A stretch of DNA of 41,401 nucleotides from Promethearchaeati archaeon (lineage in GTDB: Archaea; Asgardarchaeota; Heimdallarchaeia; JABLTI01): assembly GCA_013166835.1 (NCBI GenBank), contig JABLTI010000014.1, positions 1-41,401 on the forward strand, read 5' to 3'. Below the pieces are notes generated by a model. That model saw only the letters and a list, made by a program, of their open reading frames with translations, made no database searches and had not been told where the DNA came from. Of the stretch, positions 18,601-27,174 are shown in pieces. Each line of letters begins with the position of its first letter. Positions within the stretch are counted from its first letter, which is position 1. The translations under genes and the position numbers were made by a program.

Positions 18601-19807
18601 GTTCCAACCTATGAGTGAGTTCATAGATGAAATGGTTATTCTCGATGAAAATCTGGCTATAGCGGTTAATTTGTTAAAGGATCGAATTGATGATCCATCT
18701 GTGAGAATAAATAATATTGTTTTAATGTTATTTGATTATGCTATTATTGCTCGAAAAATCGAATATGCAAGTAAAAGAAAATTAGAAAGTGCAACCGGTG
18801 AATTGTTAGACTATTATTCTTTACCAATGCCTTCAGGAAGACAGAAACAATTAATTTATGATTTAGTATCTGATTTTCTTGATACTGAATTACTACCTAT
18901 ACAACTCGTCTTCGTTTCCTCTTGGGCAAGAACTGGATGGGATGTTAGAACTCCTGATATTCTAATTGATGCAACAGCAACACGTGATGTTACTGCTTGG
19001 CAACAACTCCGAGGAAGAGCTATGAGGGCTTTAGAAAGCTGGACAATTGATTGTTACAGAACTATTGCTGTTCTTCTAGGAAAAAGGGGCAGTGCAGATA
19101 AAATCATTCAAAGACTTCCCCCAGAGATGCAAGAGAATTTTACAAAAATACAGAAAGAATTTGCTCCAAAAGAAGAACTCACTCCTGTTATGATAGAGCT
19201 ATTAATCAAATCAATTGATGAAGCAAAAATTCCTTCGGAAGACAAGATTCAATTGAAAACTAAACTTAATTCAGGGAAAATCTCCAAATTTTCCACTACT
19301 GAACGAATGAAACTTATTATTTATTTAATGCTCTCTCAGAATAAAGTGGCGCATATTTTTGAGATGGTAAAAGCATCTGGTTCCACGAGACAAGTAGAAT
19401 ATGATAAACGAACAGGAATTTGGCGAAGGAAAGCAGCCATTGCTAAAAAACATCGTGAAGAACCAATTCTCCCTGTTCCTGGTTCAAAACGTAGTAGAGG
19501 AAAATATATTGCACCTTTGATTTATTCAAAGGATCCAACTGCAGATACTCCCACAGAAATTCGTGCAACTTTAAGCAATTTGCTTGATGGTTTAGATCAA
19601 GATCTCTTAGATGATTGGGTGTTATCATTAATTGAAGAAAGTGACACCCAGAAAAGTGTTACAGTGGAAACTTTAGATTCAAAAGATCGTGAAACGCTAG
19701 AAGCAATCGCTCGAGAAGAAGCCCTCCCAACACGATTTGAAATAGATGGTGTTACAGAAGAAGTCTTGAAAGATTTTCTAAGTGAAATTGATGAAGTTGA
19801 GTTTTAA
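15638..19807 (+). CDS. Large SF2 (DEAH, ResIII/XPB-like) helicase/translocase with long N-terminal extension
   Basis: PRPYQ, SPTGSGKT, IVVPT, FDEAH, FSGT, SWARTGWD, QQLRGRAMR; GGGGTG SD-like element before GTG start. Confidence 0.88.
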   Translation: MFKRFFRWLRKIFGRKKQEVVVEEAPVEVEVVEEDVGDIIEYSPDVFEVDEGELFEERKELEQQVRNLKKTKEDALSIGEIIDHLSSEEDIFHALGADDFWNATGYCDTVREKFNKARADKDKEQQLRHYWHSNKMYMRSVEAYRDAIARSDMLRARVMLLNIRMLYDVLIEMHRLNQKVIPKPQTLDVEMRKEYVKDILVEILEKNSFPLSVKEILSEVMKGERKSILELLTEESIQFYIQSLVDDEFIKRIERIIEYAPPPLPNVSPEMRELIPEKIYEDSFTPDVKMYRREDIGREELSALFPPEIYKGLQEKGFYRIEDVQGRLEELQRILLEELQFEPDMTTISIGILSERLGRLDGTQQIVADERSLLDRRRQELLAEAAVGEAVEGVKEEPDGKREEFHQIVHQDIINSPIPRPYQLEAYYMFKGDHYNASIIDSPTGSGKTLMGMMCIQDFIRTLRTDESILIVVPTQNYQSQWVDSICFNEIGLQISPTFVFSGTITQLENFITKTREIPPIIILTYTSLAQVLGAKTKKEKELKVLINWLGIRSVIFDEAHKVVEQETSATYEVTKRIVKLFKGAHIENLIGFSGTAKAYEKAFKRLGLKLIYVVPEKELVLHGFVAPIAELGVTFAYSGREKAIREIHNEIKVNMKQIWSYFGYNNMRREFQKIPMNDRLFICKELLGMYQSYRSEMVTEKLRSKFADWAPSREKGPLTLSDANLVQAVQIYNGWSDISIAYNSTHTNAAREIVEETEQLVMRLEQLIRIPSLRKMITSEKYGKRMPRRQTFYNIRKESKDRRESMKKVRDIMCSTMVGVYKALDAWARTKIGEGRVGTLQSIINAEEDIRDVKGVVIFDRGRTIKMEDESGIGSPGFSGVGGSFAQSLGTDIIKYNPIAVQSSEMYISYNPELERPLQSMMADFIRNDVIVDKLTERLFMELIYELPFQEQLSNFIYLTFRELMTKYASTLKKVFRARYGEFARKVFQPMSEFIDEMVILDENLAIAVNLLKDRIDDPSVRINNIVLMLFDYAIIARKIEYASKRKLESATGELLDYYSLPMPSGRQKQLIYDLVSDFLDTELLPIQLVFVSSWARTGWDVRTPDILIDATATRDVTAWQQLRGRAMRALESWTIDCYRTIAVLLGKRGSADKIIQRLPPEMQENFTKIQKEFAPKEELTPVMIELLIKSIDEAKIPSEDKIQLKTKLNSGKISKFSTTERMKLIIYLMLSQNKVAHIFEMVKASGSTRQVEYDKRTGIWRRKAAIAKKHREEPILPVPGSKRSRGKYIAPLIYSKDPTADTPTEIRATLSNLLDGLDQDLLDDWVLSLIEESDTQKSVTVETLDSKDRETLEAIAREEALPTRFEIDGVTEEVLKDFLSEIDEVEF

Positions 19808-19834
19808 GCAACTCAATTATTTTTCAATATTTAT

Positions 19835-20188
19835 TTAATCAGAACTTTTTACATAGAAGAGGATTTTAGGCCTGCCACGTTTCTTTGTTCTGATAGGTTT
19901 TTTATCTACTTGCCCTTTCATAATTAATTTAGCTAAAATATCATATAAAGTAGTTCTAGGAATATTTGTAAGTGAAGCCAATGTACTTCTTGTAATTGGT
20001 CCCTTATCAACAAGGATTTTAACTAAGAATTGTTCGATTGGCACTTTTTCCATGCTAGTACTTTCATTCCCATAAATAAAAGCTGTTCTTTGACTGTACA
20101 CTATCATATTGTTTGTTAGCTCAGTTTCTTCTAGATTTTTTCGTATAAGTTTATCAATATCTTCAGTTATTTGAATTTCTTTGCTCAT
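19835..20188 (-). CDS. TrmB-like winged-HTH DNA-binding protein
   Basis: GPITRSTLASLTNIPRTTLYDILAKL..KG...RGRPK. Confidence 0.85.
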   Translation of the reverse strand: MSKEIQITEDIDKLIRKNLEETELTNNMIVYSQRTAFIYGNESTSMEKVPIEQFLVKILVDKGPITRSTLASLTNIPRTTLYDILAKLIMKGQVDKKPIRTKKRGRPKILFYVKSSD

Positions 20189-20379
20189 TATATGAGTCCC
20201 TCTCGTTCTTTTTCCACTTTTAACATATTTCTAGTTAGTAATAAACCTTATGCGAACTTGTCAAAATATAAGTTTTTTTCAGATAATATGGATTTGATAT
20301 TACATATAAACAATTCTTAATTAATAGCGGGATTCAAAAGTCTTTTAACTCATTTTGAATAATTGAAATTAAAGTAGTT

Positions 20380-20799
20380 TTGAGAGTGGTAAATCTGAAG
20401 GGTAAGCATGTTGAATTCTCCACTAATCAACTAAAACGATACGAAAAACAAACTACCGACAAGAAAAGCAAAGTAGTGGAAACGATCACAGGTGGTTTTG
20501 TTGAATTTAACACGACAGTTAGTAAAAAAGACACTCTGAAACAAACGACATTAATATCTGGATCAAATATAGAAACTAACATTTCTAGTATAGGATCTTG
20601 GTCATGGGTAGCAAAAAAACCGACAGTATGTATGATATGTAAACTTCCTCTAAAATCAACGCAAAGCATTTCTCGATGTCCAATGTGTCATTCACTATTC
20701 CATGCAGACCATATATTTGAATGGTTGAAAGTAAAAGGAAAATGCCCTGTTTGTTTACAAAATTTACGACCAGGTGGAACTGAAGAAGTGAAACTTTAA
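20380..20799 (+). CDS. RING-finger protein (putative E3 ligase)
   Basis: CMIC-x12-CPMC-HSLF-H-AD-H-IFEWL...CPVC. Confidence 0.85.
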   Translation: MRVVNLKGKHVEFSTNQLKRYEKQTTDKKSKVVETITGGFVEFNTTVSKKDTLKQTTLISGSNIETNISSIGSWSWVAKKPTVCMICKLPLKSTQSISRCPMCHSLFHADHIFEWLKVKGKCPVCLQNLRPGGTEEVKL

Positions 20800-20838
20800 T
20801 AGGTATTATTTAATGATAAAAAGTAGAGATGTGGAATA

Positions 20839-21477
20839 ATGAGTAAACGTCCGAAATCAAAACAGAAATTTGATATTGATGTTATAAAAACACCTGAAGG
20901 ACATGTTCCTACCGTGGAGAGTTTTCATAAAGTAATAGATGGATTATTTGGAGAGGTTCTAGATACCAGAAAGGATATTGTAAAACTAATTCCTAATTTG
21001 GAAAAAGAATTATCAAGTTTACGAGAAATTTTGGCACAACAAATGATTATTTTTGAAGTTATTAATGATAATATCTCCAAGTTAGAAGATGAACTTAAGG
21101 ATCAATCAAGAAAAATTACGAAGATACAAAAAATTACAACTGATACAAAAGAGAAACAATTATCAGAAGCTGATCTAACAGCTGAATCAAAGAGAGCAAT
21201 AGCCAAACTAGTGAAAGATGAACTAAACAAAGGCACAAAACCAATACATGAGGCTTTGAAACTTTTAGAAAAAGTTGTTGCAAAATCAGAAACAGATACT
21301 TTGAAGAATGTTGGAAAGCAGCTAACAAATCTTAGAGATCAAATAGACGATTTATCCTCAAAAACTGAATTGCAAATGCTGGAAATTTTAGAAAGTGTTA
21401 ATCAAGATCCTGTGAGACGAACTACAAAATCTACAGGTTCAACAACTAAAACTACAAAGAAGAAATTAACTTCCTAG
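20839..21477 (+). CDS. Coiled-coil hypothetical protein
   Basis: 212-aa ORF with heptad-rich helices, basic Thr/Lys C-tail. Confidence 0.7.
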   Translation: MSKRPKSKQKFDIDVIKTPEGHVPTVESFHKVIDGLFGEVLDTRKDIVKLIPNLEKELSSLREILAQQMIIFEVINDNISKLEDELKDQSRKITKIQKITTDTKEKQLSEADLTAESKRAIAKLVKDELNKGTKPIHEALKLLEKVVAKSETDTLKNVGKQLTNLRDQIDDLSSKTELQMLEILESVNQDPVRRTTKSTGSTTKTTKKKLTS

Positions 21478-21616
21478 AATAAATTTCATCAATGTACCTT
21501 ATTGAATTAGGTTTATAATAAATAAATAATAAAAAGAATAGATAAATGTTAATTATAAAGTTTAGAATGAAATATAGAGATATGGTAAATTTAAGTGGAG
21601 GGGCATAATAACCCCT

Positions 21617-22039
21617 TTATGGAATTTCAAGGACTGAAATGTCGACCTTTGATACACCATCAATATCGGCCAATTCTTCTTTGATTGTCTCCATATTTAC
21701 ATTCTTAAATTCTTTTGAATCAATATAACCTTCATATACACAGCTCTCTTGAGTAAAGCATAGACCTGTGGAATAAAGAGTTTTTATACCCGCTTTCATA
21801 AATAATGAACCCATTTTCTTCAAAAAGTCCGGACTAAGTTTTCCGATTTCAATGCCCACTTTGTAAACTTTTTCACTTGTAGTGGGGATAATTCTTATTA
21901 TTTTAGTGCTGGGTGCGAGTATCATTACCGCATAATTTCCTTCTTCAGGTTTTAATGCGTCTAGAAAAGTTTGGGGTAATTGGATAGGTTGCCCTACTTC
22001 AAGCTTGCACATCTTTGCTACAGTTACTTCGGTTGTCAT
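21617..22039 (-). CDS. AbrB-like plus ACT-domain protein (putative ligand-responsive regulator)
   Basis: N-terminal GQPIQLPQTFLDALKPEEG; C-terminal ACT-like pattern ending LADIDGVSKVDI; AGGAGAGG upstream. Confidence 0.6.
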   Translation of the reverse strand: MTTEVTVAKMCKLEVGQPIQLPQTFLDALKPEEGNYAVMILAPSTKIIRIIPTTSEKVYKVGIEIGKLSPDFLKKMGSLFMKAGIKTLYSTGLCFTQESCVYEGYIDSKEFKNVNMETIKEELADIDGVSKVDISVLEIP

Positions 22040-22359
22040 TAATGCCTCTCCTTGACTAAGGAATTTAATAATATCTTCATTAAATTAAATCCTTTGGTGT
22101 TTATATAATTTACTTTTTGAGACTTTTTATGCTTAATTTACCTTATATAGGCATTTTATTTAAGTAATCTTTTGGTCTTTTTCCCTTGTTTTTTGATGCT
22201 AGGATATGTTTCTCTCACTTTTTTCCTTGTGAAAGACAACCTAAAAGTTAAAGTATTATAGGATGATTTTGTTATCAGTAGAGCGAGAAGAACGAAACAT
22301 TATTACAAAAGAAAAAATATGTAAGTCTAATAGTTCTTAAAAAGAACAGTAATAGGAGT

Positions 22360-23067
22360 ATGAATCCCCTGTCCACAAATAAAAAATATCGTGAGAAGCG
22401 ATTATCCCTTTTAATGCATCCTATGCGCAGAAGTATTTACCAGCTTGTTTGTGAGACTCCAGGATCATACTTTTACGAGATTGTTAGTACACTTGCAGAA
22501 CCACAAGGAACTCTCTCGTGGCATTTACGCATGTTGGAAAAAGATGGTTTGATTAAATCACAGAAATTTGGCGGGAAGCGATTATTTTACCCCAAGATGC
22601 TGCGCTCAGAATCAGCAGAAAGAGCATTTGCTATTTTAAAAAATGGTACTGCAGCCAAGGTGTTTGATCATATAATAAACAATCCTGGGTGTTACCAAAC
22701 TGAAATTGCAGAGAAATTATCTATTCATCATGATACTGTTCGGCATCATATTCTGCGGTTATCTGAAGCTGAATTAATTGACGTTATTCGAGATGGCAGA
22801 ACAGTAAAATACTTCCCAGGGGAATTAGGGAAAGAATTGATTAATGGAAGCCTTAATGTTCTCTCAGAGCGGTATATTCGTTTTCTCATAGACAAATTAG
22901 AAGAAGGGTGTATGTCTCCGGAAATTGTTGAGCGAGATTTGCACAGCATTTCCTTAAGAATAGAATGTCCCAATTCAGAAGATATCTCGTTAAAAATCCA
23001 ATTAGGTCCTTGGGAAACTACTTTAGCTGTTGAAGAAGAGGAAGAAGAAGAAAAGAAAGAAAGCTAA
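22360..23067 (+). CDS. Tandem winged-HTH (ArsR-like) transcriptional regulator
   Basis: Two repeats: RRSIY..PG..GTLSWHLRMLEKDGLI and NPG..QTEIA..TVRHHILRLSEAELI; GGAG SD-like element. Confidence 0.85.
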   Translation: MNPLSTNKKYREKRLSLLMHPMRRSIYQLVCETPGSYFYEIVSTLAEPQGTLSWHLRMLEKDGLIKSQKFGGKRLFYPKMLRSESAERAFAILKNGTAAKVFDHIINNPGCYQTEIAEKLSIHHDTVRHHILRLSEAELIDVIRDGRTVKYFPGELGKELINGSLNVLSERYIRFLIDKLEEGCMSPEIVERDLHSISLRIECPNSEDISLKIQLGPWETTLAVEEEEEEEKKES

Positions 23068-23105
23068 AATAGATAAAAAAAAGAAAAAGATAAAGTGGGA
23101 AAAAA

Positions 23106-23879
23106 TCACTTCAATTTTTTGAGGGTTTTCTTTAGTTCCTCGTATGCTGCTTCCCAATCTTTAATTTCTTCAGATAAATCGTCTCTTTGTTCGTTGTATT
23201 CATCTTCTGATAATTCGCCAGTAGATTTTCTAACAAACAACGTTTCCAAAGTTTCTCTTTTCTGTGCTAATTCTTTCTTCAATTGATCCTTCCAGCTTTC
23301 CATTTTGATTAATTCTTGTGTTATTTGTCTTTCAGAATCAGCTATTGATGTTTTGTATTCGCGTTCCATTTTTTCGTATGTTTTTTGACTAATGCTTTTC
23401 TCTTTCTTTAGACCTTCAAGTTTTGACATTCGTTCCCTTGAGAGGTCTTTTTTCTCCATGAGATCAAAAACTGGAATAGGTGCTCCTCGTTTGGAAAGCT
23501 TTTTCTTTTCGATTTTAATCTCTACAAATCGTTTGTTTAATTCATCAACACGACCTATAGCATCTTCTTTTGGAACCAAACCTACTTTTACTCTCTCCTC
23601 TAAATTCTCAATTTCCTCCAAAATTTCTTCCATTTCTTTATCAATTATAATCATTCTTCCTTTTACTGCAAGAGCTTTAACAATTTCGGAATCTATTGCT
23701 TCTGTTTCTTGAGATGCCGATGAGCTAAAATCATCTTTTATTGCTGAAGAATGAATATCACGAGATGTTTCTCTCTTTTTCTTAAACATATCCTTGGGCA
23801 ATCTAGCCCCACACGACTTACAGAACTTGAAATTCGGTAAAGCCGGTTTACCACAAATAGGACAACGATATTCTACCAT
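23106..23879 (-). CDS. Zn-ribbon plus CdvA-like coiled-coil protein
   Basis: CPICG..FCKSCG; ISQKTYEKMEREY; LETLFVRKSTGELSEDEY. Confidence 0.65.
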   Translation of the reverse strand: MVEYRCPICGKPALPNFKFCKSCGARLPKDMFKKKRETSRDIHSSAIKDDFSSSASQETEAIDSEIVKALAVKGRMIIIDKEMEEILEEIENLEERVKVGLVPKEDAIGRVDELNKRFVEIKIEKKKLSKRGAPIPVFDLMEKKDLSRERMSKLEGLKKEKSISQKTYEKMEREYKTSIADSERQITQELIKMESWKDQLKKELAQKRETLETLFVRKSTGELSEDEYNEQRDDLSEEIKDWEAAYEELKKTLKKLK

Positions 23880-24153
23880 TTTGTAATTACTTCCTAGTAT
23901 TTTATTTGTTTACAATTATATCTTATAGATTCTTTTGCCGTTTAAATAAAAAAAGAATTCTGTTCGGAATTTCTTTGATTATTTCGAATTCTCAAGCAAA
24001 AAATAACAGGAAATTTCTATTTTTTTTCATCAAAAAAGCAAGTTATAAGCCAATATTTGCCATAAATAGTAGAGGTTTTGAAAATTAATTTTTCACAAAA
24101 TGACAAGATTTAAATGATATACATGTCCGTCGAATAGTAGCGAGTTGATTTAA

Positions 24154-24699
24154 ATGGCTAGACGCCCCGCCAGATGTTACACAAAAATTGCTGGACCACC
24201 CTATACACGAAAGAAATTTATTCGAAGCATTCCAGGATCAAAGATAACTAGCTTTGAAGCTGGTAATAAAAACACAAAATTTCCAGTGACAGTTTCGTTA
24301 TTCTCTAAAGAAGCATGCCAAATAAGACATGTTGCATTAGATGCTACTAGAATGATGACTAACAGACACATGCAACGAAATGCTGGTGCTGAAAACTATC
24401 ATTTCATTATCAGAGTCTATCCTCACCACATTTTGAGAGAAAACAAAATGATGGCATTTGCAGGTGCTGATAGATTACAAGATGGTATGCGTCGTGCTTT
24501 TGGGAAACCAATGGATATTGCAGCTCGAATAAGAGCTAATCAACCATTAGTTACAATCCATACTCAACCCCAATTTATTGATATGGCAAAACGAGCTTTG
24601 AAAATTGGTGGTGACAAGCTTCCTACACCTTATTACATCCATTTTGAGGCTGGGGAAAAAATCTATCAAAAATTCAAGGCAAAAGCAGCAAAAGCATAA
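24154..24699 (+). CDS. rpl10e: 50S ribosomal protein L10e (uL16)
   Basis: MARRPARCY, RVYPHHILRENKM...AGADRLQDGMRRAFGKP. Confidence 0.97.
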   Translation: MARRPARCYTKIAGPPYTRKKFIRSIPGSKITSFEAGNKNTKFPVTVSLFSKEACQIRHVALDATRMMTNRHMQRNAGAENYHFIIRVYPHHILRENKMMAFAGADRLQDGMRRAFGKPMDIAARIRANQPLVTIHTQPQFIDMAKRALKIGGDKLPTPYYIHFEAGEKIYQKFKAKAAKA

Positions 24700-24882
24700 T
24701 AAAAAAACTTTTTCTGTTATGCCCTATTCTTTTCTTCTTTTATTTTCATCTTTTCTTTAAGATAATATCTGCGTATACCTTTGAATAATCTCAAGTTAAA
24801 TTTATTGAAAACCGGTTATTCATTGTGAGTATGAGGTAAAGATTCTCAAAGATTAAAGATGCCATTCATCAGGAGAAATTAA

Positions 24883-25293
24883 ATGGAATTTATATGCGCA
24901 AAATGCAATGCAAATCTGGAGAAAGATCATACACTTCTTACAAATGGTTGTTACAAATGTGGTTCTAAGGTTTTCAAAACGTTATCTTCACCTGGTACAA
25001 TAACTGCTAGCACAATAAAAGCTGCTTTAAAGATACAACGTGATAGAATTGAACAATTTGATACTACTGGTTTTGGTTTTGTTCCTAGACTTATAAAAGA
25101 GGATGTTGAGGGTGAACGAATCAAGGATTTAGATGATGACAATATTCCTACTATCAAATTAAAGCAGAAAGGAGTATATGAAGTAAATATTGGTGGTCTT
25201 TTTAGAGATAAGAAATCAGATCCAATAATTCTCAGTGGAAAATCTGGTATTTATAAAGTGGAACTTGCAACTGGAAACAATAAAGAAGAATGA
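24883..25293 (+). CDS. Zn-ribbon protein, DUF2072/OapC-like
   Basis: CAKC..NGCYKCGSKVF; C-terminal GVYEVNI..LF..PIIL..GIY. Confidence 0.7.
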   Translation: MEFICAKCNANLEKDHTLLTNGCYKCGSKVFKTLSSPGTITASTIKAALKIQRDRIEQFDTTGFGFVPRLIKEDVEGERIKDLDDDNIPTIKLKQKGVYEVNIGGLFRDKKSDPIILSGKSGIYKVELATGNNKEE

Positions 25294-25328
25294 GTGGGTT
25301 GATTTCCCTTACACTCACAATCGATTAT

Positions 25329-25769
25329 CTAATTTTTTGGATTTAGTAAATATAATCCATTATCTTCATCTTTAATCCTAAAAACACCTGGTTTTGTTTC
25401 TACAAGATAGATTTCTGCTGTAACAGATACGATGCCTTCGACTAAATGCCCTCCAAGGCTTTTACCATCTTTTTCTCCAATTAGAATATGTATGTGAGCG
25501 ACGGGTTCTTGAGTGTCTTTATTTTTTGCAATGTTACCTGTACATGCTAGAAGCTCTACTTCCTTGAATGGAACATGTAAATACTTCTTACTTTTAATGT
25601 CAAAATAACCAATTTTTCCTTTACCAAGTGCACCTATTCCTGTTAAATATCCAGCCAAGATGTTTTTCTCTTTAACATATTCTAGGATGCTTGTAAGTAG
25701 TTCTTCGCCTTTTTCCAATCTTATTAAGTGAACTTTTTGCTGTTCCATTTCCATGGTTTTCATTTTCAA
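25329..25769 (-). CDS. PPC/DUF296 domain protein
   Basis: RLEKGEEL, GIGAL, GNI, AHIH, GGHL, VTAEI. Confidence 0.92.
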   Translation of the reverse strand: MKMKTMEMEQQKVHLIRLEKGEELLTSILEYVKEKNILAGYLTGIGALGKGKIGYFDIKSKKYLHVPFKEVELLACTGNIAKNKDTQEPVAHIHILIGEKDGKSLGGHLVEGIVSVTAEIYLVETKPGVFRIKDEDNGLYLLNPKN

Positions 25770-25815
25770 CTACCACTTTGGATTTTACTAAACATTGAAC
25801 TATTATCAACAACAA

Positions 25816-27042
25816 TTAAGAAGTTAACTGCTTTCTTAATTCCTCAATCTGTTCTCGAACAACAGTTAATTCAGAATTTATTTTTTGTATGCTATCATCA
25901 AATTCTTGCTTACTCTTCAACCCTTCTTGGAAATCAGTTTCATTCGTCTCTATTTCTTTCTCCAAACGATATTTTTCTGCTTCGAGAGTCAGGAGTTGCA
26001 TATATGGATCTACTGTAGAGGTGTATGGATCATGTGTTTCCTTTTGCTTCAAAATTTCTGACGGTTTTACCCAACTATCACCAGAGCTTTCTTTTGTTTG
26101 TTCTTCAATAGTTGTGGGTTGCTCTTCAACAATCGGAGGTGTAAGAATAGGCACATCAGGTGTTATTTCTGGTTCCTCAGCTTCTATAACTGGAGGTGTT
26201 GCGGTAGTTTCTTTTAATTTTTCTTTGAAGTCAGTTAATTGCTTCTCAGTTTCTTCTTCAGCTTCTTGAATTATGGATTTCATTTGACTTAAAACCCTGG
26301 ATGGTTGTGCTTCAGGACTTACTGTTTCCGACAATTTTTGTATGGTGGAATCTGAAGCAATAATATCCGAATCTTCTGCTTCTTCTTCAATAGGTTGTTC
26401 TGGTATCTGTTCGATTTGAGTTTCTTGTATAGATGGTATGCTTTCCTCTACTTCTGGTTCTTCAACCACAATTGGAAGAATTAAAGGTGGATCCGATTCC
26501 GCTGGTTCTGGTTCCACTTGAGATTCAGTTATACTTACTAATGATTCATCTACAAGTGGTAGAGAATTAGTTTCTTCTACTATTTGCTGAACTTCTTCAG
26601 GAACTTCTATAGATTTCTCTTTAACTAAACTACTCATCAGAGATCTCAAATCAGTTAATTCCGATTTTAATGAAGCCAATTCTTTCTTTAATCTTGAAGC
26701 TTCTCCAGATGATTCTTGACTTTGAGTAAAAACAACATTCTTTCCCTTTACGATTATATCATAAAATTGATCTACCAGCTCTTTATGCTGTCTAAACCAA
26801 TGTCCATACGGATCCCAATTCAAAACAATTTCTCTAACTGTTTCAAGAAGATCTATGAATTCTTTATTGTGTTCTTTTTCTCCGATAATTGATGCTTCTA
26901 AATTTGATATAGTATCAATTAAATCAATTCGTAATTCAGCTTCTTGTTGTGGATTTGTTTCTCCTTTTATTAAAGTAGAGTAAATCGTTTCAAGTCTATC
27001 TATATTTTTAACAAATACTTCTTCTGGCAAATGATTCGACAC
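25816..27042 (-). CDS. Hypothetical protein: helical N-domain, long acidic Glu/Pro-rich linker, C-terminal coiled coil
   Basis: 408-aa ORF; low-complexity E/P/S/T middle; terminal LEAEKYRLEKEI...FQEGLKSKQEF. Confidence 0.75.
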   Translation of the reverse strand: MSNHLPEEVFVKNIDRLETIYSTLIKGETNPQQEAELRIDLIDTISNLEASIIGEKEHNKEFIDLLETVREIVLNWDPYGHWFRQHKELVDQFYDIIVKGKNVVFTQSQESSGEASRLKKELASLKSELTDLRSLMSSLVKEKSIEVPEEVQQIVEETNSLPLVDESLVSITESQVEPEPAESDPPLILPIVVEEPEVEESIPSIQETQIEQIPEQPIEEEAEDSDIIASDSTIQKLSETVSPEAQPSRVLSQMKSIIQEAEEETEKQLTDFKEKLKETTATPPVIEAEEPEITPDVPILTPPIVEEQPTTIEEQTKESSGDSWVKPSEILKQKETHDPYTSTVDPYMQLLTLEAEKYRLEKEIETNETDFQEGLKSKQEFDDSIQKINSELTVVREQIEELRKQLTS

Positions 27043-27174
27043 CTAGTTTTCTACCAGTTAATTCTACTATTTAAATAGGATTATTAGTTATTTCTAGCTT
27101 TTCATTACGGTATTTTAATCTTTTATTTTAGATAAGAATAAAAAAGGGAGTAAAAACCACTGATTTTAAGTTTT

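Noticed and set aside
11245-20188. Integrated plasmid or defence island
   Set aside because: No integrase, rep, methyltransferase, att repeats or evident compositional shift; ancient domestication cannot be excluded
23030-23105. GAA and A-rich tandem run
   Set aside because: Encodes the poly-Glu tail, followed by a probable T-rich terminator for the convergent gene; not a distinct repeat element
23392-26269. Ser/Phe-rich ORFs at 23392, 24951, 25728 and 25889
   Set aside because: Antisense or overlapping shadows of well-supported genes; Ser/Phe bias is expected opposite Glu/Lys-rich coding DNA
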